DNA of 64,000 nt, from the NCBI GenBank assembly GCA_050287085.1, contig JBNKBE010000011.1, positions 32,001 to 96,000 on the forward strand, read 5' to 3'. Below are positions 10,214-20,122 of the stretch, piece by piece. Below the pieces are notes generated by a model. It worked only from the letters and a program-made list of their open reading frames with translations, made no database searches and was not told the origin of the DNA. The translations under genes and the position numbers were made by a program. The stretch comes from Polyangiaceae bacterium (GTDB taxonomy: Bacteria > Myxococcota_A > Polyangia > Polyangiales > Polyangiaceae). How positions within the stretch are numbered: position 1 is the first letter of the stretch; every line of letters begins with the position of its first letter.

Positions 10214-13200
10214 TCAGGAGCGCCGCAGGTCAAGCGTCCGCGGAAAGTGCGGATGAACGTAGAGCGCACTGGGTTGAAAGCTGCCGGCCAAATGCCCACG
10301 GGCCTCGAACCGGGCGAGACGACGGCTTTCCGCCGCCGCTGCATTGACAGGGCGCTGGTCGCTCGCATTACCACCGGGATGCACCACATGATAGGTCGCA
10401 CCCGCAATGCTCCTCCGTGTCCACTGATCGTAGATGTCGAAATGAAGCGGGGAGTGGATTCCCACGGTCGGATGCAGACAGGAAGGCGGTTGCCAAGCCC
10501 GGTAGCGTATTCCAGCCACAAGTAACCCCTTCTGCTCGGTGGACTGCAATGGGACTACGAAGCCATTGCACACGACCTGGTAGCGCTCCTCGACAAAACC
10601 TTCGACCAGCACCTGCAGGCGCTCCATGGAGGAGTCCACATAGCGAGCCTGCCCCGTGGCCGTTGTTTCCTCGCCGAGCACGTTCCAGGGCTCTAGCGCC
10701 CCGCGGATTTCCATCCGCATGCTGTCGAGCGTAACCTCCCCATAGCGTGGGAAGCGGAACTCCTGATGTGGCACAAACCAGGCGGGGTCTACGTTCACGC
10801 CCCAGTCGCGCATGATGTCGACCACTCTCGTGAAGTCGGCGAGCGTATAGAAAGGCAACATGAAGTCATCATGCAGCCGCGTTCCCCAATGGATCAGCGG
10901 GCGCGTGTAGGGTTCATGAAAGAACACAGAGAGCAACGAGCGAACCAATAGCTGTTGTACAACACTCATCCGTTCGTGGGGCGGCATCTCAAAAGCGCGC
11001 ATCTCCAGAAGGCCAAGACGTCCCGAAGCACTGTCCGGAGAGTACAACTTGTCGATGCAAAACTCAGCCCGATGGGTATTGCCGGTGATGTCCACCAGCA
11101 GATGGCGAAGAATGCGATCGACAAGCCACGGCGGCGTGTAGGTACGGGGGAGCTGCAGCTTCTGAAGCGCAATCTCCAGTTCGTATACGGAATCGTCACG
11201 GGCCTCGTCCACACGCGGGGCCTGGGAGGTAGGACCGATGAAACGTCCTGAGAACAGATATGAGAGCGACGGGTGATTGTGCCAGAAGCGAATCAAACTC
11301 GCCAACACGTCGGGTCTACGCAGAAAAGGGCTATCGCCGGCGCTGAGGCTGCCCATTACGACGTGGTTGCCGCCGCCGGAACCGACGTGAGTTCCATCAA
11401 TGTCGAATTTCTCCGCCGCCAGCTTCTCAAAGCGGGCTGCCGTGTAGAGCTCTTCCGTCTGCTCTACGACAGCGCGGAATCCGACGACGGGCGGCACGTT
11501 AACCTCGATAACCCCCGGATCGGGAGTCACCTTGAAGTCGCGCAAGCGCGGATCGTAGGGAGGAGGATACCCCTCAAGCGTAACCGGTAGTTGAAGCTCG
11601 CGCGCAACTGTCTCGATGGCGCCGACCAATTCCAGCCATGCCTCCAAATCTGGCAACGGCGGCATGAAGATGCGGAGGAGTCCCCCCCGAGGCTCAACGC
11701 ATAACGCCGTACGAACGATGCCAGCCGCAGACTCCCAGGGCATGGGACGTGTGAAGGGGTCAGCGTCCGTCAGTCCCGGTCGCCGCTCATCGGTTCCGCC
11801 TTCATCTTGACCCGGGGGCACCAGCTGACGCCGCTGCATCGCGATCAGTGTAGGCGCCGGTCGCCCCGGATACTGAAAGCGCTCAGGCAGTCTGCCGCGC
11901 GGCGCAAACGGATCGACGGCCATCGCGTCGTCTCGGTCGGTGGCGAGTACCCACGGCTGAGAGTCGATCGGCAGGCGAAAGCCCATCGGTGAGTCTCCGG
12001 GGATCAGGAACAGGTGCTCTTCGCGAAGGAACCAATCGCCGCTGATCCAACCACTACCGGTATGGGCGAGCGGCAAGCACCATCCCACGGTCGTCTTGAG
12101 GCCCTGCCTGAAAACGCGGGCGATTCGCTCGCGCTCAAGCTCGTCCTCCAAGCGGGACTCAAAGACGTCGACATTGCCGGGCAGACGCCGCTCGCGCCAA
12201 AGGTAGTAGAAGATGTCCTCAAATGCAGGCGCCAAACCGTGTTGTGCCAGACCCAAGACTTCTATCAAGCGACGCGTGAAACGCTCCGCGTCCTCCGCAG
12301 AATGCCCGTAGTCGGTCTCGGGCTTACCGATGAGATCTTCATCAGACCAGACCGGCACGCCGTCAGTTCGGAAGTAGCAACAGTGCGCCCAGCGAGGCAA
12401 CTGCTCCCCTGGATACCACTTTCCCTGGCCGTGGAAGAGCACGCCACCCTTGCCCCAAAGCGGCCACAGACGGCGCATGAGGCGGTCCGCTATGGCCTCC
12501 TTGTTACCGCCCAACGCAGCGACGTTCCACTCGGGTTCATCCGGATGCTCGATGCTGACAAACGTGGGCTCGCCACCCACGGAAAGCCGCGCGTCGCCTT
12601 CCTCCAAACGCACGTCGATCTGATCGCCCAACGCCAAGATCGCCTGCCATTGCTCGTCCGTATACGGCTTGGTCACTCTCGGCTTATCGACGATACGAGT
12701 GACCTCCATGGCAAAGCCGAACTCCGTCTCGCACTCGTCGACGAGCCCCTCGACGGGACCAGCGCTTGAGGGCGAAGGTGTTGCGGCAAGAGGAATATGC
12801 CCTTCTGCCGCAAACAGACCCGAGGTTGGATCAAGCCCGATCCATCCCGCGCCCGGAACGTAGCACTCGCACCATGCGTGCAGATCCGTGAAATCGGTCT
12901 CCGGTCCAGGTGGCCCTTCAACGGGCTTCTGGTCAGGCGTCAACTGAATGAGATAGCCCGAAACAAATCGCGCAGCGATACCCAAAGACCGCAAAACATG
13001 AACAAGCAACCAAGCAGAGTCCCGACAAGAACCGCTCTTCAAGCTGAGCGTCTCCTGGGGGAGCTGGACCCCTGGTTCCATGCGAATAAGGTACTTGACG
13101 GCTCGTTCCACCGCCCGATTGACGTCGACCAGCAGATCTACGGTCCGACGAGGCGTCAAATCGAGCGTACCAATGAAACGCGTCAGCTCCTCGGAAGGCT

Positions 13201-13564
13201 CCACGATCTCCAAGTAGGGCCTGAGCTCTGCCAAGAGCGCTGGGGCATACTTGAAGGGGAACTCTTCCGCTTCCGGCTCTAGAAAGAAATCGAATGGGCT
13301 ATACGCAGCGAGATCCGCGACCAGGTCTATCGTAACGGAGAACCGCTTGGTCTTCTTCGGTACCACCACACGGGCTAGGTAGTTTCCGTGCGGATCCTGC
13401 TGCCAATTTAGAAAATGCTCAGCGGGTTCAATCTTGAGCGAATAGCGATGGACCGGCGTACGATTGTGGGGCGCAGGTCTCAGCCTGATGATGTGCGGCG
13501 ACAGCGCGACCAGGCGGTCGAAATCGTATTCCGTCTTGTGATGAAGAGCGACTCGAATTGCCAT
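10214..13564 (-). CDS. Transglutaminase + DUF2126 putative amidoligase fusion
   Basis: GSCRDSAW, DLHAW, GLDPTSG; GGEPTFVS, GKWYPGE, VTPDPGVIEVN, GGGNH, GPTSQAPR, LEMRAFEMPPH. Confidence 0.92.
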   Translation of the reverse strand: MAIRVALHHKTEYDFDRLVALSPHIIRLRPAPHNRTPVHRYSLKIEPAEHFLNWQQDPHGNYLARVVVPKKTKRFSVTIDLVADLAAYSPFDFFLEPEAEEFPFKYAPALLAELRPYLEIVEPSEELTRFIGTLDLTPRRTVDLLVDVNRAVERAVKYLIRMEPGVQLPQETLSLKSGSCRDSAWLLVHVLRSLGIAARFVSGYLIQLTPDQKPVEGPPGPETDFTDLHAWCECYVPGAGWIGLDPTSGLFAAEGHIPLAATPSPSSAGPVEGLVDECETEFGFAMEVTRIVDKPRVTKPYTDEQWQAILALGDQIDVRLEEGDARLSVGGEPTFVSIEHPDEPEWNVAALGGNKEAIADRLMRRLWPLWGKGGVLFHGQGKWYPGEQLPRWAHCCYFRTDGVPVWSDEDLIGKPETDYGHSAEDAERFTRRLIEVLGLAQHGLAPAFEDIFYYLWRERRLPGNVDVFESRLEDELERERIARVFRQGLKTTVGWCLPLAHTGSGWISGDWFLREEHLFLIPGDSPMGFRLPIDSQPWVLATDRDDAMAVDPFAPRGRLPERFQYPGRPAPTLIAMQRRQLVPPGQDEGGTDERRPGLTDADPFTRPMPWESAAGIVRTALCVEPRGGLLRIFMPPLPDLEAWLELVGAIETVARELQLPVTLEGYPPPYDPRLRDFKVTPDPGVIEVNVPPVVGFRAVVEQTEELYTAARFEKLAAEKFDIDGTHVGSGGGNHVVMGSLSAGDSPFLRRPDVLASLIRFWHNHPSLSYLFSGRFIGPTSQAPRVDEARDDSVYELEIALQKLQLPRTYTPPWLVDRILRHLLVDITGNTHRAEFCIDKLYSPDSASGRLGLLEMRAFEMPPHERMSVVQQLLVRSLLSVFFHEPYTRPLIHWGTRLHDDFMLPFYTLADFTRVVDIMRDWGVNVDPAWFVPHQEFRFPRYGEVTLDSMRMEIRGALEPWNVLGEETTATGQARYVDSSMERLQVLVEGFVEERYQVVCNGFVVPLQSTEQKGLLVAGIRYRAWQPPSCLHPTVGIHSPLHFDIYDQWTRRSIAGATYHVVHPGGNASDQRPVNAAAAESRRLARFEARGHLAGSFQPSALYVHPHFPRTLDLRRS

Positions 13565-13608
13565 TTGTTGCTCAGTTCTGCCCCCAACGGGGTCACAGCG
13601 TTCTGGGT

Positions 13609-14550
13609 CTAGTGTGCAAAGAATTGGGCCGCGGTGGCGTCACCAATACGGTTCAGCGACACCTGAAGCTCGTCGATATATTCGTGGAGTCCATAGTCCA
13701 TGATCTCCTCAATGCGCGCGAAACCGAGCTGCGCTTGAAGACGACCGACCAAGCGTTCGACCTCGAAGCGACAGTCGTCGGGGCGGGTACCCGTAATGGC
13801 GTGGACCGACCGCAAAGCCGTGGTGACGCAGTACAGAATTGCGCGAGGAAAGCGGCGACTAAGCAGTAGAAATCGCGCCACATCCGGAGGCGTGGGCAGG
13901 TGGTGGTCCTGTCTGTACATCTGCAGCGCACTGGCGGAATTGAGCAGCGCTACCCAGCCCAACTGGTCGGCGGCGGTTCCGACGTCGATTGGGGTCGGGA
14001 GCAACACGTAGTACTTCACGTCCAGAATCCGACTGGTCTTGTCCGCCCGCTCGAGGTTTCGGCCGAGCCTCGCGAAATGCCAAGCCTCGCCCCGGCTCAG
14101 GGTCGCGTTCGTCACCCCCTCGTAGTAGACCCCCATCAGCTTCACCCGCTGGTAGAATTCGCTCATGTCCTCGAGCGAAAAGCGCTGTCGCCCGGCCGCT
14201 TTGACCATGAGATAGAACTCATTGAGTTCCTGCCACATCTCACGTGAAATCACCTCCCGCACGGTTTGCGCGTTGTCCCGAGCCCGGGACACTGCGGAGA
14301 TCACGCTGTTGGGGTACGCCCGGTCGAAGGTCAAGAACCACGCAATGTCCCGTGCATCGTTCTGACTGTAGTTTGCTCGAAACCAGTCCTGATCGCCGGT
14401 CGTCAATACCAGCGGTTCCCATGAGTCGCGTCGCGACAGGGGCGTTTCCATGGTCAGATTGAGGTTTACGTCGACGAAGCGCGCCACATTTTCGGCGCGC
14501 TCAACATACCGACTGGTCCAGTAGATCGCTTCTGCAACGCGACTTAGCAT
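13609..14550 (-). CDS. Alpha-E domain protein (DUF403)
   Basis: MLSRVAEAIYWTSRYVERAEN; LERADKTSRILDVKY; FPRAI. Confidence 0.92.
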   Translation of the reverse strand: MLSRVAEAIYWTSRYVERAENVARFVDVNLNLTMETPLSRRDSWEPLVLTTGDQDWFRANYSQNDARDIAWFLTFDRAYPNSVISAVSRARDNAQTVREVISREMWQELNEFYLMVKAAGRQRFSLEDMSEFYQRVKLMGVYYEGVTNATLSRGEAWHFARLGRNLERADKTSRILDVKYYVLLPTPIDVGTAADQLGWVALLNSASALQMYRQDHHLPTPPDVARFLLLSRRFPRAILYCVTTALRSVHAITGTRPDDCRFEVERLVGRLQAQLGFARIEEIMDYGLHEYIDELQVSLNRIGDATAAQFFAH

Positions 14551-14619
14551 TGGTATTCCTTCGCGGGTTCAAATCCCCGTGAGCCGTTACGATCGGACTT
14601 GCCGAGCAACACGACCACC

Positions 14620-16068
14620 TTATTCGGACAGCACCCAGGTGTCTTTGCTGCCGCCCCCTTGTGAGGAGTTCACGACCAACGAGCCCTTCTTGAGGGCCAC
14701 CCTTGTCAACCCGCCCGGCTGTACAAAAACGTCACTTCCGTAGAGCGAAAACGGTCGCAGGTCCACATGGCGTGGCTCCAGAGTGTCACCAATGATCGTC
14801 GGCACCCTAGAGAGGCATAAAGTCGGCTGCGCGATATAGCCACGCGGATTGCTGCGAATCCGCACTGCGAATTCGTCGCGTTGTTCCGGCGTGGCGTGTG
14901 GACCAATCAGCATGCCGTAGCCCCCCGCCCCATCCGTGGCCTTCACCACGAGCTGGTCGAGGTGCGCAAGAATGTAGGCCCTTTGCGACTCATCGCCCGC
15001 AACATAGGTTGGAACATTGGGTAGGATCGCTTTCTCCCCCAGATAGAAGTCGACCATCTTTTCAACGTAGGCGTAGATCGCCTTGTCGTCCGCAATTCCC
15101 GTGCCGGGAGCATTGGCTAGGACCACCCGGCCCTCCAAATAGCTGCGCATGACGCCCGGTATTCCGAGCAAAGAATCGGGGCGAAACACCTCTGGATCCA
15201 AGAAGTCGTCCCCCACGCGACGATAGATAACGTCGACCCGCTGCAGCCCCTGCGTGGTTCTCATCATCACGTAGCCGTCCTGGACGACCAGATCCTGAGA
15301 CTCGACCAGCTCAACGCCCATCTGCTGGGCAAGGAAACAGTGCTCGTAGTACGCACTATTGTAGTGACCCGGCGTGAGCACCACGACCGTAGGATCGTCA
15401 GACAAGGCCTGACCGGCGTATCTGAGCGCCTCGAAGAGCTTCTGTGGGTAGTCGCCCACCGAACGTATCGACATCTCGTGAAACACCTTGGGAAAGGTCC
15501 GCATCACAAGCTGTCGGTTCTCGAGCACATAGCTGACCCCCGACGGACAGCGCAAGTTGTCCTCGAGGACGTAGAAGGTGCCGTCGCTGTGCCGCACCAA
15601 ATCCGTCCCGCTCACATGACACCAAATCCCTTGGGGAGGGCGAAAACCGATCAGCGGGTGTCGGAACTCCGCACTTGTCTGCAGCAAGTACGCCGGTAGC
15701 ACTCCTGCCTTGACGATCTCCTGCTTTCCGTAGACGTCGGAGAGGAAGGCGTTGAGCGCCTTCTGGCGCTGCACAATCCCCGCTTCGAGATGTTGCCACT
15801 CCGACGCCAGGAGCACCCGCGGGACCACGTCAAATGGGAAGATGCGCTCAGCTGCGTCCTCCCGGTCGTCCCGCAGCGTGAACGTGATCCCCATCGCGAG
15901 CAGCGATTGCTCCGCGGCCCGCTGTCGGCTCCGCAGCGCCTCGCCACCGAGCTTGTTAATGCCGTCTATCAGGGGTTCGAATCCGGGTCGTGCCGTCCCA
16001 CTCGCGAGCATCAGCTCGTCGTAGAATGAACCGTTTTCCGGGTCGTAGGTGTCGAGACTGAGTGACAT
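14620..16068 (-). CDS. Circularly permuted type 2 ATP-grasp protein
   Basis: FPFDVVPR, VLEDNLRCPSGVSY, YNSAYYEH, NAPGTGIADDK, PRHVDLRP, PGGLTRVAL, VNSSQGGGSKDTW. Confidence 0.95.
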   Translation of the reverse strand: MSLSLDTYDPENGSFYDELMLASGTARPGFEPLIDGINKLGGEALRSRQRAAEQSLLAMGITFTLRDDREDAAERIFPFDVVPRVLLASEWQHLEAGIVQRQKALNAFLSDVYGKQEIVKAGVLPAYLLQTSAEFRHPLIGFRPPQGIWCHVSGTDLVRHSDGTFYVLEDNLRCPSGVSYVLENRQLVMRTFPKVFHEMSIRSVGDYPQKLFEALRYAGQALSDDPTVVVLTPGHYNSAYYEHCFLAQQMGVELVESQDLVVQDGYVMMRTTQGLQRVDVIYRRVGDDFLDPEVFRPDSLLGIPGVMRSYLEGRVVLANAPGTGIADDKAIYAYVEKMVDFYLGEKAILPNVPTYVAGDESQRAYILAHLDQLVVKATDGAGGYGMLIGPHATPEQRDEFAVRIRSNPRGYIAQPTLCLSRVPTIIGDTLEPRHVDLRPFSLYGSDVFVQPGGLTRVALKKGSLVVNSSQGGGSKDTWVLSE

Positions 16069-16187
16069 GGTGTGAGCGCAGCGCCGAGAGTCAACTTCGA
16101 AGTGCTGGCTGCAACGTATCGCTCACAATCTTTCCGGTGTGTTGCGAGTGAGTAGCAGATTGGGGTGCGGGCTCCGCAGCCGGCCCT

Positions 16188-16385
16188 CGGTCTCAACCGG
16201 CTCGCAACGTCGCTCCGGGGCCGGCTCCTGACCTTAGGACCCCCGAACGGGGTAGTCCTACTGCGCCGGCCGTGCCTCTTGCTGGGGCGGGCGGGCTCGT
16301 CGCTGTGCTCCGCGAGCTGCTTGTAGCCCTGCGGTGCTCGCTCGTCACGCGCCCACCTCGCGGCGGTCTCAACCGGCTCGCGACG
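16188..16385. repeat. Structured intergenic element (REP/MITE-like) bounded by 22-bp direct repeats
   Basis: CGGTCTCAACCGGCTCGC(A/G)ACG at 16188 and 16364; internal hairpin TAGGAC-CCCCG-AA-CGGGG-TA-GTCCTA (16235-16260). Confidence 0.55.
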
Positions 16386-16406
16386 GACTTTCCCATCCGC
16401 CACCCC

Positions 16407-18632
16407 TTAGAACGCGATGGGCGCGGCGTCAGCGAGCGCCACGTACGCCCAACCGGCATGGGCCAGCGGAACGAATACAGTCCGAGTTCCGATGTCCGAT
16501 ACCAAACGCTCGAAGACCGTGATCGTCTCCACAGCCTCACCAGTGCTCGAATAGACAACGGCGCTCACCGCCTCGCCGCCGATCGGCCCGTGAAAGACAT
16601 GCTTGCCCCACCGCGAATTGCCGTCCGCGTCAATATGGATCGGCAGAAAGTCGCCGAAGCGCGCGTCGTCAGCAACTCCGATAACGCGCTGGGCGGGTGT
16701 TACCCCATTGACCATCAGCAACGTATCGCTGATGCCGTGATAGGTATAATCGCTGAACCACGTGTCTTGGCAATAGCCCATGATATCCGTGAACGTCGGT
16801 GGAATCAGGCCGTCAAGGCGCACGTCCCAGCCCTCGACGCCGAGCTGACCCCCATTGTGGGCGCCGTCTTGCGGATAGTCCGGATCGACGCCATCGGTCA
16901 CCAAACACGGGGCATGCAGACGACCGTGATTATGTCCCACTTCGTGCAGCGCCGTACTCACGGTCGACTCGTGCGCAAAACCGAGCCCGATGGCGGCACG
17001 CGCGCTCGGATCCCAGAACACCCCATTGGTGGGGATGTACCCAACGCCACCGACACAACCGGAGAACGAGCAATAGTCGGCAAACGAGTCTTCCGGAGTC
17101 AGCAGACCATAGTAGTACACGTCGTCCGGAGCGTTGTCGTCGCTTCGCTTGTAAGCCACGTCCTCGAGCATCGTGTTCCAATCCAAGGTGTTCACGACCA
17201 ACGGCTGCTCGTCGACGGTAATCTCGATCCCACCAATCGGGTAGCTTGCCATGAAGCCAGCTCGGAAGGCTTCCAGCATAGCGTCATTGATGTCCGGACG
17301 ACGCCCCCCCACGTCGAATGCGAGCAGGCGCAGTTTGAGGGTGCCGGTGTCCGTAACGTGCAAGTCGAGCGCACCGGTATCCGGGAAGCGCGCGGTTGTC
17401 TCGATCGTGGGCTCCCCACCGCACTCGACGATCTCCAGGGCGAAGTGCGTATCGGCTTTCATGGCTTCAGCTGGCACCAGGAACTCAAAGGCCGTGCGGC
17501 GATCGTCCTGGTTGGAGTCCGCCCGTACTTGGATAGGCACTCGAGAGTAGATCCGTTCCAAGTCGCCTTCGTGGCTCAGCAACAATCGAGCTGAGAGCTC
17601 TCGAGCTTCGAATCCGGGGTCCACCTCGAACAATCCCCGTACCAGTGTTTCTCGTCCGGCCACGATCAAGGTGTCGCGCTCGGTGACCTCCTGACCACCG
17701 CGCGCAAGGTCAACGCGAATCGTCTGATACAGCCGGATGTCGCTAAACTGGATCCCGCGGGCCAGCCCTGCGCATCCATCTTCGCCGGGGGCTCCACTGG
17801 AGCAGACGCCTTCAACACACGCCTCAGCTTCACCGCAGGCCTGATCGCACGCTCCGCAGTGTGCCGCGGAGCTAGTGGTGTCGACACATGCTTCGCCGCA
17901 TGCGGTCAGCCCTGCCTCGCAGACGCAAGCCCCGTCAGCACAAGCCTGGCCCTCTCCGCAAGGGTTACCACACGCGCCGCAGTTGTCAGCGTCCACCTGA
18001 ACGTCGGTGCATTGGCCATCGCAGAGAGCGCTTTCCGGAGCACAGTTGCATTCGCCAGCAACGCAAACCTCACCGAGTCCGCAGGCGCTGCCGCAGGCGC
18101 CGCAGTTGTCGTCGCTGCTTTGGGTATCCACGCAACCATCAGCGCAGGACTCAAAACCCTCAGCACACGCGCACGTTCCGCCAGTGCAGACCTCTCCATC
18201 CGAACACGCGTTGCCGCAGCTACCACAGTGTTCAGACGAGGTCATCGGGTCAACACACGCGGCATCGCAAGCTTGCAAGCCTGCCGGACAGGAGCACTGC
18301 CCCAGGGTGCAGGTGGCGCCGCTGGCGCACGACTCACCGCAAACGCCACAATGCTCCGTCGAGGTCATCACGTCGACACACGCTCCTGAGCAATCCCGGA
18401 GCGGCGCGGCACACTGCGCAGCAGCCGCGCCGCTGGCTCCACCCAGCGGCCCGGCGCCGGCGCCACCGACTTGCTGCGAAAAGCTACCGCCCGCGCCTCC
18501 GCCTGGTGTGGGACCCGACGCTTCGCCAGTGCAGGCTGCGGTGAGCGCTAGGGCCGACGCCGCGGCCAGAAGCCGCTGCACCCACGGGGCTAACCCACCG
18601 CGCTCGCCCCCGACGCGATCGCCGCCGCGCAC
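16407..18632 (-). CDS. Secreted lipoprotein: five Cys-rich repeats plus a metzincin (M66-like) metallopeptidase
   Basis: Lipobox LTAAC; five C.D......[HN]CG.C...C..G..C..G.C units; HEVGHNHGRLH (HExxHxxGxxH); Met-turn DIMGY; start uncertain (the ORF is open to 18893). Confidence 0.8.
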   Translation of the reverse strand: MRGGDRVGGERGGLAPWVQRLLAAASALALTAACTGEASGPTPGGGAGGSFSQQVGGAGAGPLGGASGAAAAQCAAPLRDCSGACVDVMTSTEHCGVCGESCASGATCTLGQCSCPAGLQACDAACVDPMTSSEHCGSCGNACSDGEVCTGGTCACAEGFESCADGCVDTQSSDDNCGACGSACGLGEVCVAGECNCAPESALCDGQCTDVQVDADNCGACGNPCGEGQACADGACVCEAGLTACGEACVDTTSSAAHCGACDQACGEAEACVEGVCSSGAPGEDGCAGLARGIQFSDIRLYQTIRVDLARGGQEVTERDTLIVAGRETLVRGLFEVDPGFEARELSARLLLSHEGDLERIYSRVPIQVRADSNQDDRRTAFEFLVPAEAMKADTHFALEIVECGGEPTIETTARFPDTGALDLHVTDTGTLKLRLLAFDVGGRRPDINDAMLEAFRAGFMASYPIGGIEITVDEQPLVVNTLDWNTMLEDVAYKRSDDNAPDDVYYYGLLTPEDSFADYCSFSGCVGGVGYIPTNGVFWDPSARAAIGLGFAHESTVSTALHEVGHNHGRLHAPCLVTDGVDPDYPQDGAHNGGQLGVEGWDVRLDGLIPPTFTDIMGYCQDTWFSDYTYHGISDTLLMVNGVTPAQRVIGVADDARFGDFLPIHIDADGNSRWGKHVFHGPIGGEAVSAVVYSSTGEAVETITVFERLVSDIGTRTVFVPLAHAGWAYVALADAAPIAF

Positions 18633-18639
18633 ATGTTTA

Positions 18640-19139
18640 CCCCAAAACAACGGCCCCGCGACAGACTCATCCGCTGCGGAGCGCAGCCGTCGTTCGAAAC
18701 GAAGGCTGCTGTCGTCGCAGTGCGACGCCACCCAGTCGTTCGTCGTACCGTCATCCGTCATGCTGCTATCTGTCATGCTACCGCTCTCGTCGCTACGGCT
18801 TCTGCTCAACATCCGACTACGGGCCTCGGCGGACATCTCCCCCACATCATGCCCTTCACACGAGACCGTCAGGCAGAACCACATCCCATTCATAACATGT
18901 GAGTAGCGCGTGTTCGCGCCGGCCGCGACCTACATATCGCCCCCCCTAAATGAAGAGCGAAAAACGTTCCGCTCGCGACGCAAAAGTACCTCAACCCACG
19001 CTTCTACCAGCCGTTTTGGTATCTCTCCGGTGGCCGTCACGGTCATCCGGCTGAAAACGGGCCGTCCGCCATGCCGTTGCGCCGGGAGGACTGCTGATGA
19101 TGGCTCAACGTGGGCTTGCCCTCGGCGTCGCGCCACCAA
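18640..19139 (-). pseudogene. Possible degenerate ECF sigma / anti-sigma remnant
   Basis: One frame interrupted by TAG at 18930; faint resemblance to sigma region 2 (VEVLLRR..FRSSFR) and region 4 (CEGHDVGEMSA..RSRM). Confidence 0.2.
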
Positions 19140-19153
19140 TCCCCGTCGAGTGC

Positions 19154-20095
19154 CTAGTTGAAGCCGAGTGGGGATGGCCGCCGCCCCTCTTCGGACACGA
19201 GCCAGCGCTGCAGTGAAGGCAGGCTACTCAACACGTCACCCACATAACACGTCGCCAGGTCTAACACCTCGCGAGCCCTCAGGATGCGACGATGGCCAAG
19301 CCCGCGTGTGACAACCACTCGGCAGCCCTCCCAATGCCTGGCGTAGGTGGCAGCGCACGCAAACGACACGTCGCGGTCTCCTTCGTCGTGCACCACCAGA
19401 AGCGGCGTCCGCATCTGGCGACCGATAGTGGCGATACGCTGATCCTCAAAACTCAAATGAGTCAGCCGTTGCAGGCGCTCGCGAAGTGCAGCCAGTCCAG
19501 GCTCCCCCAAGCCCAACAACGTAGAAAACGAGTAGGTTCCTAGGTCGAGAGCGTCGGGCGGCGCGATGTAGACAAGCGCGCCTGGCTCAAGACCGTGACG
19601 CAAGGCCAAGGTCACAGCTGGACAGCCAAATGAGTGAGCAACAACCGCCGCCGGCTCCCCGAGGCTACGCCGCAGCTCCGATATCGGCTCAAGCCAATCC
19701 AATAGAGTAGCCTGATGGCCCGGCGAGTCTCCGTGACCGCGGGCATCAAACGCAACAACCGACAGGCCCGCCTGGCGAAAGGGTCGCACAAAAGAGCCCA
19801 GTTGCGCGCCCCGCCCCTCCCAACCGTGCACCAGCAGCACCCAGGGTCCTGAGCCCCCCCAGGTCCAAGCTCGGCTGCCATTGCGGAGCGCCCACGGGCT
19901 TGCATCGGCGAGTACTTCCTTCTCCCACTTCGGGCGCTCGAAGCGCCGCGGTCGGATGAATGCGAAGGAGCTCAGCCACCCAGCGGTCCGCGGGGAGCAA
20001 GAAGCCAATACGCGCAGCGCGTCGAGCGCCAACGGGAGTTGGGGGTGTTCGTCAGCACGAACGTTCGTGCTCTTCTGTCGGGTGGATGTTGCCAT
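19154..20095 (-). CDS. Alpha/beta-fold hydrolase
   Basis: LVHGWEG, FDARGHGDS, nucleophile elbow AHSFG, HDEGD, GLGHRRIL. Confidence 0.9.
   Translation of the reverse strand: MATSTRQKSTNVRADEHPQLPLALDALRVLASCSPRTAGWLSSFAFIRPRRFERPKWEKEVLADASPWALRNGSRAWTWGGSGPWVLLVHGWEGRGAQLGSFVRPFRQAGLSVVAFDARGHGDSPGHQATLLDWLEPISELRRSLGEPAAVVAHSFGCPAVTLALRHGLEPGALVYIAPPDALDLGTYSFSTLLGLGEPGLAALRERLQRLTHLSFEDQRIATIGRQMRTPLLVVHDEGDRDVSFACAATYARHWEGCRVVVTRGLGHRRILRAREVLDLATCYVGDVLSSLPSLQRWLVSEEGRRPSPLGFN
20054..20071. promoter_or_regulatory. Perfect 18-bp palindrome, putative intragenic TetR operator
   Basis: AGCACGAACGTTCGTGCT is its own reverse complement; 15/18 match to the site upstream of tetR. Confidence 0.65.
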
Positions 20096-20122
20096 ACAAC
20101 GTCTCCTAGAAATCGTGTCGCA

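Noticed and set aside
16112..16130. lac-operator-like ATTGTGAGCG (vector contamination)
   Set aside because: Only a short half-site match in otherwise native-looking sequence
16272..18906. Long plus-strand ORFs (440 aa; 299 aa with QLPQ-type repeats)
   Set aside because: Antisense shadows of the GC-rich metzincin gene; the repeats mirror its Cys codons
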